From contig NC_043005.1 in the NCBI RefSeq assembly GCF_006345805.1, positions 24,738,001 to 24,802,000 on the forward strand: a DNA stretch of 64,000 bases, written 5' to 3'. Shown here in pieces: positions 40,368 through 54,205 of this stretch. The notes beneath the pieces were generated by a model, which was given only the letters and a program-made list of their open reading frames with translations, was not told the DNA's origin and ran no database searches. Position 1 is the first letter of the stretch. Each line of letters starts with the position of its first letter. The stretch is from Octopus sinensis. Lineage: Eukaryota. A program made the translations under genes and the position numbers.

Positions 40368-40924
40368 GGTAAATTCAAAATATAGGAGCCACAGAAGATC
40401 TAAGGGATTTAGCAAATTGATTGCTTCTATTTGGAACTGGAACCATTCCGATAATGCGGGGATTAGCATCAAACGATGTGGAAGTAATCCACCCGCCCTC
40501 TTTATATCTTGAAAATCCATCTGTACGTCCTATTTTTGGTAAAGTATTTAAGGACGAGATGCGATAACATGCAATACTGTCCTCTGAGAATTGCTTTTCT
40601 TTAAACAAAATTTTGAAACTACTGCAAGGAAATATCCAAGAGATAAAGCAATTATTGATAATGGACGCTACACAATAGAATTAAACCATTTTCTTCATCT
40701 TTAATGGTACCAGATTTAATAAAGATCAGTTGGTCCTTTAATAAGAAGGCAAGCATTAATACCAAGGATTGTTTCAACAATGCAACCATTTCTCATTGTT
40801 TCGTTGCTATCAATGATACCGTTATTTATGATTATCATAAACTGAGATTTTTAGTGATTCAAATTTCCTCTTTATTTCACAAAGAATCTGATTACTCTAG
40901 AAAGATTAGCTTATTTATTATTTA

Positions 40925-41324
40925 CTAGCAGTATCGCCCGGCGTTGCTCGGGTTTGCAAGGGAAATAACTATATAAGCATTATTAGAGAGTTATAGCCAA
41001 AAAATAGCAAAAAAATGCATTAAAAATGGAAAAAAAAATGATGGTAAATTTTTTTAAAAATCGTTGACTCATCGTAGACATTTTTAGAGAGTTACATCCC
41101 TTATATAATAGCGAAAAAATGCATTAAAATGGAAAAAAAATGATGGTAAATTTTTTTTTTAATCGTAGACTCATCGTAGACGCGCGCTAATACGCAGAAG
41201 GGCTCGATATGAATCACGACTATAAGATACCCGGTTTTGGTTAAACTGCACCGCAAAATGTGGGAGTAGTTAGGAATCTAAATCGTAGGAGACAGACACA
41301 CAACCTTACTTTTATATATAAAGA
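40925..41324 (-). mobile_element. Non-autonomous Helitron
   Basis: Minus strand starts TC and ends with a CCCG..CGGG-type hairpin plus CTAG; inserted between A and T with no TSD; internal duplication of about 100 bp. Confidence 0.8.
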
Positions 41325-41327
41325 TTA

Positions 41328-41700
41328 AGGCGGCGAGCTGGCAGAAACGTTAGCACGCCGGGCCTAATGCTTAGCGGTATTTCGTCTGCCGTTACGGTCT
41401 GAGTTCAAATTCCACCGAGGTCGACTTTGCCTTTCATCTTTACGGGGTCGATAAATTAAGTACCAGTTACGCACTGGTATCGATATAATCGACTTAATCC
41501 GTTTGTCCTCTCTATGTTTAGCCCCTTGTGGGCAATAAAGAAATAGGTGTTTCGTCTGTCTTTTACATTCTAAGTTCAAATTCCGCCGAGGTAGATTTTT
41601 GCCATTCATACTTTCGGCGTCGATAAATTAAGTAGCAGTTGTGTACTGGAGTCGATGTCCCCCAAAATTTCGGGCCTTGTGCCTAGAGTAGAAAAGAATA
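41328..41700 (+). mobile_element. SINE A dimer
   Basis: Junction at 41545/41546; a monomer follows at about 41714-41918. Confidence 0.9.
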
Positions 41701-43030
41701 TAAGCAATCCCGAGCCGGCGAGCTGGCAGAAACGTTAGTACGCCGGGCGATAATGCTTAGCGGTATTTCGTCTGTCTTTATGTTCAAATTCCGCTGAGGT
41801 CGACTTTACTTTTCATCCTTTCGGGATCGATAAATTAAGTACTTACCTGGGTAGATCTAATCGACTGGCCCCATTCCCCAAAAATTTCGGGCCATGTGCT
41901 TAGTGTAGAAAAGATTAGCTTATTTATTGACAATAAAACACGGGATCAAACATTTAATAAGCGAGGGACCTACTTACCACAGCCAGTATTGAGTCGTGGA
42001 CAGCCATGTACTGTTTTGAGCCCTAGTATTCACTGGAACGGGAAATGAAGAATTTGCTCAAGAATACAACACAACGCCCGGTTCAGGAATAGAAATCCAC
42101 GACCTAGCGATCGTGTGTGCGACTCCCTTAACCACTAGGCCACGCACATTCAATTAATACTATTAGTTTAAAAAATTACATTAAAGACGAAATATTCTTT
42201 TCTCCTCTAGGCACAGGGCCCGAAATTTTGGGGGAGGAGGCCAGTCGATTTGATCAACCCCAGTACGCAACTGGTACTTAATTTATCGACCCCGAAAGGA
42301 TGAAAGGCAAAGTCGACCTCGGCGGAATTTGAACTCAGAACGTAGCGACGGGCGAAATACTGCAAAGCATTTCGTCCGGCTACTCGCCGCCATTTTCCGC
42401 CAATTCACCGCCTTTGACCGCCAGGTCGCCGCCATTTTCCGGCAGGTCGCGGCCTTGTTCAGAAATAATAATAAAGACGAAATATTATCGCTAAAAACGT
42501 GTATAAAGAAGTATTAAATTAAGGATATCAATTTATGATAATTATAAATAATGGTATTTATGATATCAATGATAAAACGATGTAATGACTATATCATACT
42601 TGGACAATGGTTGAATTGTTTAAAACTATTAGGCACTGGTGTGCAATGAAACAATTCCATTTCCCTTTTCATCTCTTCATCCACAAATGATAACGAAATC
42701 GCGTGATTGCATAAATATCTGCTGCAGAAATTAATATGTCTTAGTCGTCCACAAGATGGCAAGTTAGCAGAATTGTTAGAGCATCGAACAAAATTCTGAG
42801 CACCATTTCTTTCTGTGTCATATGTTCTGAATTTAAGTTTCGCCGAGGCTGACTTTACCGTTTGTCCTCCTGAGTCAATAAAATAGAATGTCAAGTTAAG
42901 CACTGGGGGTTGATATAATCGACTTTTCCTCCTCTCACTAAAAATACTGACTTTGTGCCAAAATGGAAACAATCATGTCCTAGTTGTCAACAACCTGTAG
43001 AATTTCCACGGGTGCAGCCAGTAGCGGTTC

Positions 43031-43567
43031 ACGAAATTTTTTTTTCCACTAGAATTCCGAAACCTAGTTATGAAATCATTTGCATACAGCCAATCAGGGC
43101 TCAACTATCAAACTAATTTATGAGCGCATAACAAGTGGTGGGCGATAAGATAAGGTCACTTGGGTAAGGAATGCCCATGCTTCTTTTCTCTTTTAATAAT
43201 GCTTGTTGTTCTTGTTCTTGTTCCAACCATGGCTGCCTCTGCGTAGTTATTTGTGTTGGTGTTTACTTTCTAAAACAATAAGGGGAGAGGGTTGCTCGCA
43301 CATCACCCTCTACCCACACTTTTCTCGATCTACATCTTTACCATATGGGGGCCCTAACAAAATCCGATAATAGGTATAGATGCAAATCTATCTAATTGCT
43401 TCAGGCATAACTCAGCGATCGGTCGACTTACAACACTGTTCTTCGTCTTGAGTATACTTGGTAGGGTGCGTTTGTTAACTTGACAACAAGGTCAAGGTGA
43501 GCTCTGATTGGCTATATGCAAATGAGTTCATTGCTGGGGTCCAGAACTCTCGTGGAAAAAAATTAGC
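43031..43567. mobile_element. MITE family D, copy 3
   Basis: Same TIRs and interior; flanks TAGCGGTTC / TGGCGGTTC. Confidence 0.85.
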
Positions 43568-43699
43568 TGGCGGTTCCACCGAATTGTAGCAGCTCGAACA
43601 AGGTTTAATTAAAAATAGATCAACTTCAAAATTCCTTACAATATAATTACAAAGTTACAATAAGTAAAAAGAATGAAACCTAAAAGTTGGTAACACCTG

Positions 43700-45700
43700 T
43701 TCTAAGTCATAGTAATACGAAATACAGAATGGCAATTCTTCTATTCTGGGATTCTTATGTGAAACGAAGAACGATGAGTTCAAGATCAAGTTTTAGGAAC
43801 GCTGTATTTCCATGGCAGTTGCGCCGAAATTCCCCAGTCTATTGACCATCATGGAATTACTCAGACAAGCTTTGAAAAACTCCTTTCACAGCCAGCACTG
43901 CTTTCAGAAAGCATTACAGAAATTTGATACAGTTCAAAGAAGGCATCTTTAAAGGAATGCAAACCTCTAGTGATTCAGTCAGTGTGTCTAAAATACGCGA
44001 CTTCTGTTCGATGAGACACTGTATGAGTCTCTTAAAGTCGCCAAAGTTTAGCCGATATTTCTTTGTCATGAATTTGAGGTCATCAATATGTAGAAACTGG
44101 TCGCTCTTTGAATTGGGAAAGAAAAGACTCTTCATGATTTAAAAGTTGTTTGCAGAAAAATTACTTCGGGATTCTGAGAAAATCTTAGTCAAAACAGGAT
44201 GAGGGTCTTACGGGGAAAATCGACGAAAGATTTCCGCTACTTGTCGGCCGCTTTCCATCAACCTTACAGATCTACCGAGTCCTCCAAATACTGCAAAATT
44301 TGCCTCAGCATTTTCGATTCATCCGAAGGAGCTGATTTCTTAACGTTGTTAATTTCAGTAATCTGTTGCATGATCCTAAGTTACGTATCTTCGTCATCTC
44401 GTTTGTTTCATTCGACAGCTGTATATTAATTCGCTTGCTGTATTCCTTAAAAAAGCTTGTAGCATATTTGTCGAGGCTTAATTCAGCAGAATTTGTTCAG
44501 TTAGAACAAGGAGGATACAAGCGTTTGCAGACAAAATTAGGGACTTGCTCCCAGTTTGTCTCTCTCTGATGACTTGATATCTTCACTGAAATACAATAGA
44601 ATGTTCAAAATAAATAAAAACAACAAACCCAACGTGTATTGGACTAGCATCTCAGTTGGACTCACCGTCCAATAGATTGAGCCATGAACACGTAAGTTGT
44701 TGCTGTATCGTGAAAATTTCTCCTGCAACGCAGTCATCCACAACCAGGTGGAACAGGTGAACGCGACAGCATACATAAACTACAAATGGGATAACAGAAG
44801 GTAACTTTGCTTGAATACCAGTGATTTTTTGCACGTGGCCGAGGAACCATCATATGCAGTGGGTGACACAACTGGACGTGGAAACCAGCAGGATTCAAGA
44901 GCGACAGTATACACTACAAAAGCGATTCAGAGTCAATTTCAGAAGCTAATCGACATCTAAAAAAATCTTCATTTATAATATCGTCAAAAACATGGCACAG
45001 AACAAATGAGAGCTGTACAGTTTTCGAAATGTCTTTATTTTATTCACAATTAATACAGAAGACTCTGATTCAGATTCAGACATCTTTTACTAACCTCATG
45101 CCCCACATTTAAAAAAAAAAACTTCCTGATGACTTAATAGAAACTCGTCGAAATATCGCAAAATAAACATTTTGCATTTGGGAGCCCCCACCCCATCTCA
45201 TTATCCGCTCACAATGTCACGTCCCTTATTTCTCACATGTAGCTCTACCCTTGCCCACCAGCTTCATATACTTTTCGGGAAATCTGTTGCAGTATAGCCA
45301 ATTGTAAAACAGGTCAAACTGAATAGGTAAACCCTATTCTAACGAACTTGTTTCGCACGAACCTGTTTGGGCAAGGATAGCACAGCTTTATTCCTTTCCC
45401 AATGTTTTCGGTACTCCTTCCTAACAGAAGTAACTGTAACAGGAAAATGGAATTTCTTGAGGATAGCTAAAGAATTCTTTTACATAATTGCATGTAAATC
45501 CTGTCTTTCTAAATGCTTGCTCATGCACTAGTTTAGATTTGTCCGGAAATTGTTGGTAGCAAAAGCAGTATACTGTATTTTCTGATTTGCAATACTCTGT
45601 CCATAGATGTGATCTTTAAAACCCTGGATTGAAATCCTAAAGAATTGACCCAAACAATGTTTGTGGAAATTTTCTGAGCTGTGACTGAAAGGGTTCTTCT
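43700..45700 (-). pseudogene. hAT transposase pseudogene (ZMYM1-like/TTF zinc-finger type), heavily decayed
   Basis: Minus-strand fragments: FPQTLFGS..WTEYCKSENTVYCFC (TTF-type zinc finger), YDG..ITGIQAKL..CCRVHLFHLVVDDC, and SSAGCERSFSKL (hAT dimerisation motif); many stops. Confidence 0.75.
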
Positions 45701-47058
45701 CTTTAACTGATGCTAATGTTTGCAGCATGTGTGTCCCGTAACTATTGAGCCGTTACTATATTAGAAACATCAATTTCCGCCACAGAAGTTTTCTCAGTTG
45801 AAAACTTTTTCGATTCCTAATCACAGTGCTGTTTGGCTATTCGTCTTTCGATATCTGTCACAGCGGGATCGCCCTTGACACTATTTGTGTTTTATAAATT
45901 TGTTGAATGACAATTTTTTCGTCTGTAATCTTATCAAAATCTTTAAAGTATGCATAAGCTGACATTTTGAGAACCTTTAAATCTGAAGGAGTTCGACAAC
46001 TTCTGTAGCAGCAGCAAGCCTCATTCTAATGGATTGTCATATACCCAGTATATGTAACAGAAATTTAAGAGATTGTTTACAAATGTCTCCGTTTAAAACA
46101 AAATGACAAAAGGTCAGCTAATACAGTAGTTAACACATGAAGAAACTTAAGAGTTCTGTATATCATCTTTAAAATAAATAAGCATTGTTATCATATTACA
46201 TTATTAAATAAACAAATATTGTTTTTACAGTGAGGTAATTTCATTTCACCACTGTAAAAGCACATAAGTTTAATTCAGACTAAAATTGCTACTAAAATTT
46301 GTGAGGGTGACTCAGAGAAAGGTGATCACAAGAACCAAAAAGTTGGTCTTTTGACGAACTTTGTGCATTCACCGTTCCTTCTAGTCGGGCAAAGAATACG
46401 CACAAAGGAGAAGAATAAGTAAAATGAGCGCTGAATAGCAGATGCACACGTGAATACACGGATATTTTTTCTTATTTTGGAAGGGACTGAGAGAGAACCT
46501 AAGCTTTTTGCCCCCAAATTGAACTCAGAACGTAAAAACAGGGGAGATGCCGCTAAGCATTTTGCTCGACGTGTCATTTTGCTAAATGTCATATGTTCTT
46601 TTCTTTTCTACTCTAGGCACAAGGCCCGAAATATTGGGGGAGGGGGCCAGTCGATTAGATCGACCCCAGTACGCAACTGGTACTTAATTTGCCGACATTA
46701 CAGACGGAGAATGAACATACTACCATCATGTTCTTAATGATGAAATTAACCTCTCTGTCTATATATGTACCCTCTTTGTAATGTTGGCAAATGAAATAAG
46801 TACAAGAATGTGCATTGTCCGTTTAATTGAAAAATTCTATATGTGGCTGAAGATTGCTCGACATTTTAAAACTGATGTAATACTTACAAGGTTTAATAAA
46901 ATGAAGTAGCATGAAACAATTGTACTACACTACCTTGGATATCCTTGTTGCTTATTTTGATTATAATCACCCCATTTGATTTATATGGATAATACCATAC
47001 AAAATTCTGGTGCCTTTAACTTAAGTACCATATTCATCTGAATCTAAATTTTGCTGAA

Positions 47059-47111
<53 letters not shown>

Positions 47112-47321
47112 TATATACATACATACATACATACATACATACATACATTACATACATGCATACATATCGTGGCTGTGTGGTAAGAAGCTTGCTTCCCAAC
47201 CTCATGGTTACTGATTCAGACCCACTTCGTGGCACCTTGGCAGGTGTTTTCTACTATAAGCCTCGGACCGGTTAAAGCCTTGTGAGTGGATTTGGTAGAC
47301 GGAAACTGAAAGCAGCCTTTC

Positions 47322-47485
47322 GAGTGGCTGTGTGGTAAGTAGATTGTTTACCAACCGCATGGTTCCGGGTTCAGTCCCACTGCGTGGCACCTTGGGCAAG
47401 TGTCTTCTGCTATAGCCTCGGGCCAACCAAAGCCTTGTGAGTGGATTTGGTAGACGGAAACTGAGAGAAGCCCGTCGTATATATG

Positions 47486-47518
<33 letters not shown>

Positions 47519-47712
47519 CTGTGTTTGTCCCCCTAGCATTGCTTGACAACCGATGCTGGTGTGTGTACGTCCCCGTCACTTAGCGGTTCGGCAAAAGAGA
47601 CCGATAGAATAAGTACTGGGCTTACAAAGAATAAGTCCCGGGGTCGAGTTGCTCGACTAAAGGCGGTGCCCCAGCATGGCCACAGTCAAATGACTGAAAC
47701 AAGTAAAAGAGT
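47322..47712 (+). mobile_element. SINE B, full length, directly after another SINE B head (47168-47321)
   Basis: Same architecture. Confidence 0.9.
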
Positions 47713-47740
47713 AAATATATATATCCATACATACATATAT

Positions 47741-47779
<39 letters not shown>

Positions 47780-47792
<13 letters not shown>

Positions 47793-47986
47793 TGTCGGTG
47801 CGTTTATCCTTCATCCCCACTAGTTGACAACCGGGAATGGTTTGTTTACGTCTCCATAATCTAGCGGTTCGGTGGAAAGAGAAGATTAAATAGGTATCAG
47901 ACTCTTAAAAGCAAAATGGATCCTGGGGTCGATTCATTCGACTAAAATCCAAGGCAGTGCTACTGCAAGGCCACAGTCTAATGACT

Positions 47987-48062
<76 letters not shown>

Positions 48063-48726
48063 ATATATATATTTAAATAATGAGGGAGATAAATTAATAT
48101 TAATTTTAATATCAATTTAAAACCAGTAGTCCAGCATACAAAAATCTGAGGAGTCAGAGAAAATTCTAATATATGTATATATTGGCAGGGCTTACTGCTA
48201 GGGAGTCGGCCGTATGCTAGAAATAGACCATCAACGGTCAAACTACAAGGAAATTCTCTCTCTCTCTATATATATATATAAATAAATACACACGCATAAA
48301 CCAACACCGGTTGTCAAGCAGTGATGGGTTGTGGTGACAAAAACAGACACACACATATAAATATATAATATGCGATGAGCTTCGTTCAGTTTCCGTCTAC
48401 TAATCCACTCACAAAAGCAAGAAGACGCTTGCCCAACTTGTCACGCAGCGGGACTGAACCCAACCATGTGGTTGGGAAGCAAGCTTCTTACCACACAGCC
48501 ACACACACCACACACACACACACATATATATATTGTCGGTGCGTTTATCCTTCATCCCCACTAGTTGACAACCGGAATGGTTTGTTTACGTCTCCATAAT
48601 CTAGCGGTTCGGTGGAAAGAGAAGATTAAATAGGTATCAGACTCTTAAAAGCAAAATGGATCCTGGGGTCGATTCATTCGACTAAAATCCAAGGCAGTGC
48701 TACTGCAAGGCCACAGTCTAATGACT

Positions 48727-48809
<83 letters not shown>

Positions 48810-49265
48810 TTAAATAATGAGGGAGATAAATTAATATTAATTTTAATATCAATTTAAAACCAGTAGTCCAGCATACAAAAATCTGAGGAGTCAGAGAAAA
48901 TTCTAATATATGTATATATTGGCAGGGCTTACTGCTAGGGAGTCGGCCGTATGCTAGAAATAGACCATCAACGGTCAAACTACAAGGAAATTCTCTCTCT
49001 CTATATATATATAAATAAATACACACGCATAAACCAACACCGGTTGTCAAGCAGTGATGGGTTGTGGTGACAAAAATAGACACACACATATAAATATATA
49101 ATATGCGATGAGCTTCGTTCAGTTTCCGTCTACTAAATCCACTCACAAAAGCAAGAAGACGCTTGCCCAACTTGTCACGCAGCGGGACTGAACCCAACCA
49201 TGTGGTTGGGAAGCAAGCTTCTTACCACACAGCCACACACACACACACACACACACACACCACAC
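47780..49265. repeat. Tandem duplication with a period of about 741 bp
   Basis: TGTCGGTGCGTTTATCC at 47793 and 48534; units near-identical apart from microsatellite lengths and a few substitutions; boundaries lie in (CA)n. Confidence 0.92.
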
Positions 49266-50280
49266 ATACATACATAGTTCCCAACCACATGGTTCCGGGT
49301 TCAGTCCCGCTGCGTGACACGTTGGGCAAGCGTCTTCTTGCTTTTGTGAGTGGATTTGGTAGACGGAAACTGAAAGAATCCACTCATCGTATATTATATA
49401 TTTATATGTGTGTGTCTGTGTTTGTCAACCCACCCCCATCACTGCTTGACAACCGGTGTTGGTGTGTTTACGTCCCCGTAAGCTAGCGGTTCGGCAAAAC
49501 TTACTGATAGAATACACTCTAGGCTTAAAGAATAAGTCATGGGGTTAATATGTTCGACTAAAAAATAAATAAATACTTCAATGTAGTGCTCCAGCATGGC
49601 CGCAGTCAAAAAACTGAAACATGTAAAAGAATACATGTATACTGCGCGCTCACACATACACACACACACATAGTGTGTGTGTGTACGAGTATCCTTTCGG
49701 GGTCGATAAATAAAGTACCAGTTTCGCACTGAGGGCGATATAATCGACTCAATCCCTTCGTCTGTCCTTGTTTGTCCCCTGTATGTTTAGCCCCCCTTGT
49801 GGGCAGTAAAGAAATATATATATATGTGTGTGTGTGTGTTTGTGTGTATGTGTGTGTGTGTGTAAATATAAATTTATTCTTCATTAAAAAATTTATGATT
49901 AATAAAATACGAAGTGAGACGTGCGCGGAGATAGAAAAAGCAATTTTGTTGTTTAAATTTGCCCGAGGAAGTCAAAAAAAAAAAAAAAAAGAAAAAAGAA
50001 AAAAGATAAAACTAAAACGTGTTGAGAAGTAAGCTGTCACATTCTTGCCTGGAGCAGTGAGCCGTGTGGATGTGTATACATAAATACACATATATACACT
50101 TCTATCTATCTACTTAAGTTTTTCTGTGTATCTGTCCATCTATCTTTATATATATATCTATATCTATTATATGTATATATATATATATAAATACTGACAG
50201 AAAAGTGGATATATATTGATTAATAATCGGTAAAAGGATAACAAATTGTGGATATTTTCATTGACTGAGAAATACAGACA

Positions 50281-50374
50281 ATGGCAGCGGAGACGAACGG
50301 TAATGGACATATCAACGGACAGTTACCAACTTTTATGAAAAACAAATACGAACATATTTTTCATCTTCTTTACG
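50281..50374 (+). CDS. Candidate first coding exon of a calexcitin / sarcoplasmic calcium-binding (EF-hand) protein gene
   Basis: ATG at 50281 reads MAAETNGNGHINGQLPTFMKNKYEHIFHLLY plus one G, then GTAAGT (phase-1 donor, would complete Asp). QLPTFMKNKYEHIFHLLY(D) aligns without gaps to QLSDFQRNKILRVFNTFYD of squid calexcitin as recalled from memory. No downstream exon found in the window. Confidence 0.6.
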
Positions 50375-52853
50375 GTAAGTAAAAAGTTTCTTGTTTCGAG
50401 TTCTCGCTTTCATTTATTTATATAATATAACAATACTCGGTGTTAAAACGTGTCAACGCGTGAACCTGTTTGTATGGCTCGCTCGTTTGCTAGAAATAGC
50501 AGTAAGATATTCTTATCGTGCTCCGCCGTCACAAAAGAAAAAGAAAAAAAACAAACAAACAGTGTGTGAGTGCGTTTGGGGACGGTACACACGTAAGATC
50601 ATGGGGTTGTAGATAATCCTTTCAAAGTCGGGTTGGCCAAGAATGGAATGTTTTCAGCCGTAGATACCATGCTGGTAAAATTACACAGATTAACACCCGT
50701 AATTTTACTGATATGCTGACCTGGAGTTTAAACAATAACAAACTCGATGTAAATCCTACTCCACTGCTATTTTGTATTTCGTTTGTCCTCCCGTTGTACC
50801 AGGACCCTTGCGGCCTGTACAAGAAATGGTGGGGTGGCAGAGTTTGTTAGAGAGCATCGGACGGAATACATCGCGGTATTTACTATTTACTTTGTCTTCT
50901 TTACGCTCTGCATTCAAATCCTGACGAGTTCAACTCCATCTGTCCCCCCACCTATTTTTTTTCTCTCCGAAGCCGATAAAATAAATTGTCAGTTAAATAC
51001 TAGTATCGATATAATTTTGTAACCCCTTCCCTCAAACCTATTTCTTTATTACCCACAAGGGGGCTAAACACAGAGGGGACAAACAAGGACAGACATAGGT
51101 ATTAAGTCGATTACATCGACCCCAGTGCGTAACTGGTACTTAATTTATCGACCCCGAAAGGATGAAAGGCAAAGTCGACCTCGGCGGAATTTGAACTCAC
51201 AACGTAACGACAGACGAAATACGGCTACGCATTTCGCCCGGCGCAGACCTCAAACTTCGTGTCCATGTTAGAAACCTTATTATTGTATTTGTGATGTCTT
51301 TGCAATAAATCAATTTATTACCGTCAATTAATATTTCATACATTACTCTGTCTCTTCACACACACTAACAGAAGCACTTCACTTACACAACACCCCATCA
51401 AACACACACACACACACACACATGTACATCAATGCTCCCATGCACGGTAACTTCAAAAGAACTTCCCTCGTCATACAATCGCTTTCTCTTAGTCTCTTTC
51501 GCTCTCATTACTTCAAAAGTTCCCGCAAGCCCATATGTAAAAAAAAATAATTTTTTATTGAAATCGACGGAAAGGTCTACTAGAGACAAAAGATTGCCTT
51601 AATATTATTTAAATCACGCTGAGGTGGAATTTGACTTTTGTCCTCGCTAGTTTAAATAAAATAAAACATCAGTTCCACACTGTGATTCGCTGAAATCGAT
51701 TGTGTTCCTTTTCTCAGAATGTATGGGATTGTACCTAGTCTTTTATCATCCCACTTGCTCATTTACTCATCACTATTCCAGGGGGGTTTAAGTTAGGAAT
51801 TCGGCTGCTTATTTTTCCCTTCATGGGGATGGGGGGGGGATAGAAGCAAATAAAGGTTTTGAAGCAAAACTTTTCTTTATCCGTCCGAACCCATTACTTT
51901 TACGAATAACCATGTAAAATTTTCGGAAAGAAGTTGTAACGATTATATGTAATTTAAAAGCATTTAAAGTCATTAAATACAGGACATAACACGTTTCGAA
52001 AGAGAAAGAGGGAAAGAATGAGAGAGAGAGAGAGAGAAGTTCAGCCACTCACACGTAGTGAGTGGTTGTTGTTTAACCCCAGGTCAACCGTAATCCGGTA
52101 AACCTATTACAGAAGTATTACTTGAATTAATGCCTCCTTTCTAAGAAAGTAGGCTGTGATTTGAGAGACAGATGTTTCGCTGCTGTTTCTAATAAGTCGT
52201 CGAGCCACTTTGTACATTCTTCCGCATTGGTTTAACAAAGTTTTATTTTAATATTTTCTGTTTACACTTGATTAGCTGACGGCAAACATTTCATGCAGAC
52301 ACCAAACTGTGTGTATGTACACACACATACACACGTAATAGACACCTTGGACAGGCTGATACGCTGTATAAATGACTGAATATATATATAGATGGCTCTA
52401 TATAGGTCTGTACACTTCAGACTTTTTGTTTCATACTTTTGGGGAATCCTTGAAATACTTTCCATGCTGTCTCAGGAAACCCCTCCATAAACATTATTAT
52501 ATACTTTTTTCTTTCTCTTTCATAATGTTAGATTTCGTAAGAGATTGAAAACATAACAAAACTGTCTTTGAAAAGTTTGGCAGAGAACTTTAAGCCAAAA
52601 TCTCTATTAGAAGAACGTTTTTTTTTTTCTTTACGTAGGGACGCCATCCTCTCTGCTGATCTGATACTAAGGTTTCCTTTCCTTAGGAAATACCATTCGT
52701 GTATTACAAAATTAAGAATATAAAATTAAAATTTAAAAACTTATTTAACAAAGATTTGAATAAAATTAGCTTAATTTTTCATTGTCTTTCGTAGAGTCCT
52801 TAGAGATATCATGCGGAACCGCAGGTTTCCGATCGGGTAACATTGATATAGAC

Positions 52854-53020
52854 CAGTGATAGGCCACCTGCCGGTTCGCTGGACTGTGAATGACCCGCCT
52901 AATTTCACAAGGAAAATAACGATTATTAAAATTTGAACTGAATATTTTTAGTATGTGGATCGCCTGATGATGAACCGTATCACATGCGGTCCGCTTCTCG
53001 AAAAAGATTGCTCATACCTG
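52854..53020. mobile_element. hAT (Charlie-like) MITE remnant
   Basis: CAGTGATAGGCCAC start and TTGCTCATACCTG end, with ATGCGGTCCGC subterminal motif; TSD not confirmed. Confidence 0.35.
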
Positions 53021-53805
53021 TTGTAGGTAGACAGACAACTGTATAGACAAACCCCTAAACTATATATACACTGGTAGTCAAACGTATAATGTATACTATA
53101 CTAGTCCAACAAATGTATATTTAACAATGCATAGATGTGAAGAAAGCGGTCACGTAAAGGCGCACGACGGAGCCTTCTATGTAGTCGCCCGATCTGCTTG
53201 AAATAGCAGCGAAAACTGACTCGCCTTGTACCCTAGACTAAAATGAGGAAAGGGCGCATCAGATAATGTAATTATAGCCCCAGAAAGATGAAATGATCGC
53301 AGCTAGTTGTGTGAATCATTTGCCAACTACAACAATAACAAATATTTAATCCGATGGAGTTTTAAGTGTGAATAGTTGCATGTATGGGTGTATGTTTGTG
53401 TATATTTACTTGTATCTATATGTTTATATGCATATGACGGCATCTATACTCATGAAGTGATTGTGCACCTGGAGAACTTTGTGGATTCCACAAATGAGAA
53501 TATGTGACTGCAGGTGAAAAGAAAATTACGGCGACAATTTGGAACGAGGGACAATATATTTGTGTCATATTTACAGGAATTCAAATCGACTTTCGTTCAC
53601 GTTTTGGTAGCTATAGCCCAGGTCTACGTTGTTTAACCAGTTGACTTATTTATCCCCCGCTGTTATGTCCCCTTTCATTTTTATTTATTTTTTTAACACC
53701 CTAAACTGAAAGATTACTCATATATAATACGCACATTAATTTTTCTAAAAAGATTAAAAGATTACTATAATTGTTTTAATGGTCACTTTCAACCCTTGTG
53801 TGTAT

Positions 53806-54205
53806 ACTCTCTTTTCTCTCTTTTACTTGTTTCAGTCATTTGACTGCGGCCATGCTGGAGCACCGCCTTTAGTCGAGCAAATAGACCCCGGGACTTATTC
53901 TTTGTAAGCCCAGTACTTATTCTATCGGTCTCTTTTGCCGAACCGCTAAGTGACGGCGACGTAAACACACCAGCATCGGTTGTCAAGCAATGCTAGGGGG
54001 ACAAACACAAACACACACATACATATATATATATATACATATATACGACAGGCTTCTTTCAGTTTCCGTCTACCAAATCCACTCACAAGGCTTTGGTCGG
54101 CCCGAGGCTATAGCAGAAGACACTTGCCCAAGATGCCACGCAGTGGGACTGAACCCGGAACCATTTGGTTGGTAAACAAGCTACTTACCACACAGCCACT
54201 CCTAC
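53806..54205 (-). mobile_element. SINE B, full length
   Basis: Reverse complement of the same architecture. Confidence 0.9.

Noticed and set aside
40256-40900. CR1/L2-like RT C-terminal remnant on the minus strand; RTE-like remnant near 36450-36800
   Set aside because: Only vague motif resemblance across several frames; not supportable without a profile search.
50186-50191. TATAAA upstream of the candidate exon
   Set aside because: It is the end of a (TA)n tract, so it is expected by chance.
52960-53005. CTGATGA motifs at about 1250, 21875, 44565, 52967 and 55274, and TGAAGA..GAAAC near 58765, as hammerheads
   Set aside because: No correctly placed GAAA with closing stems I and II.
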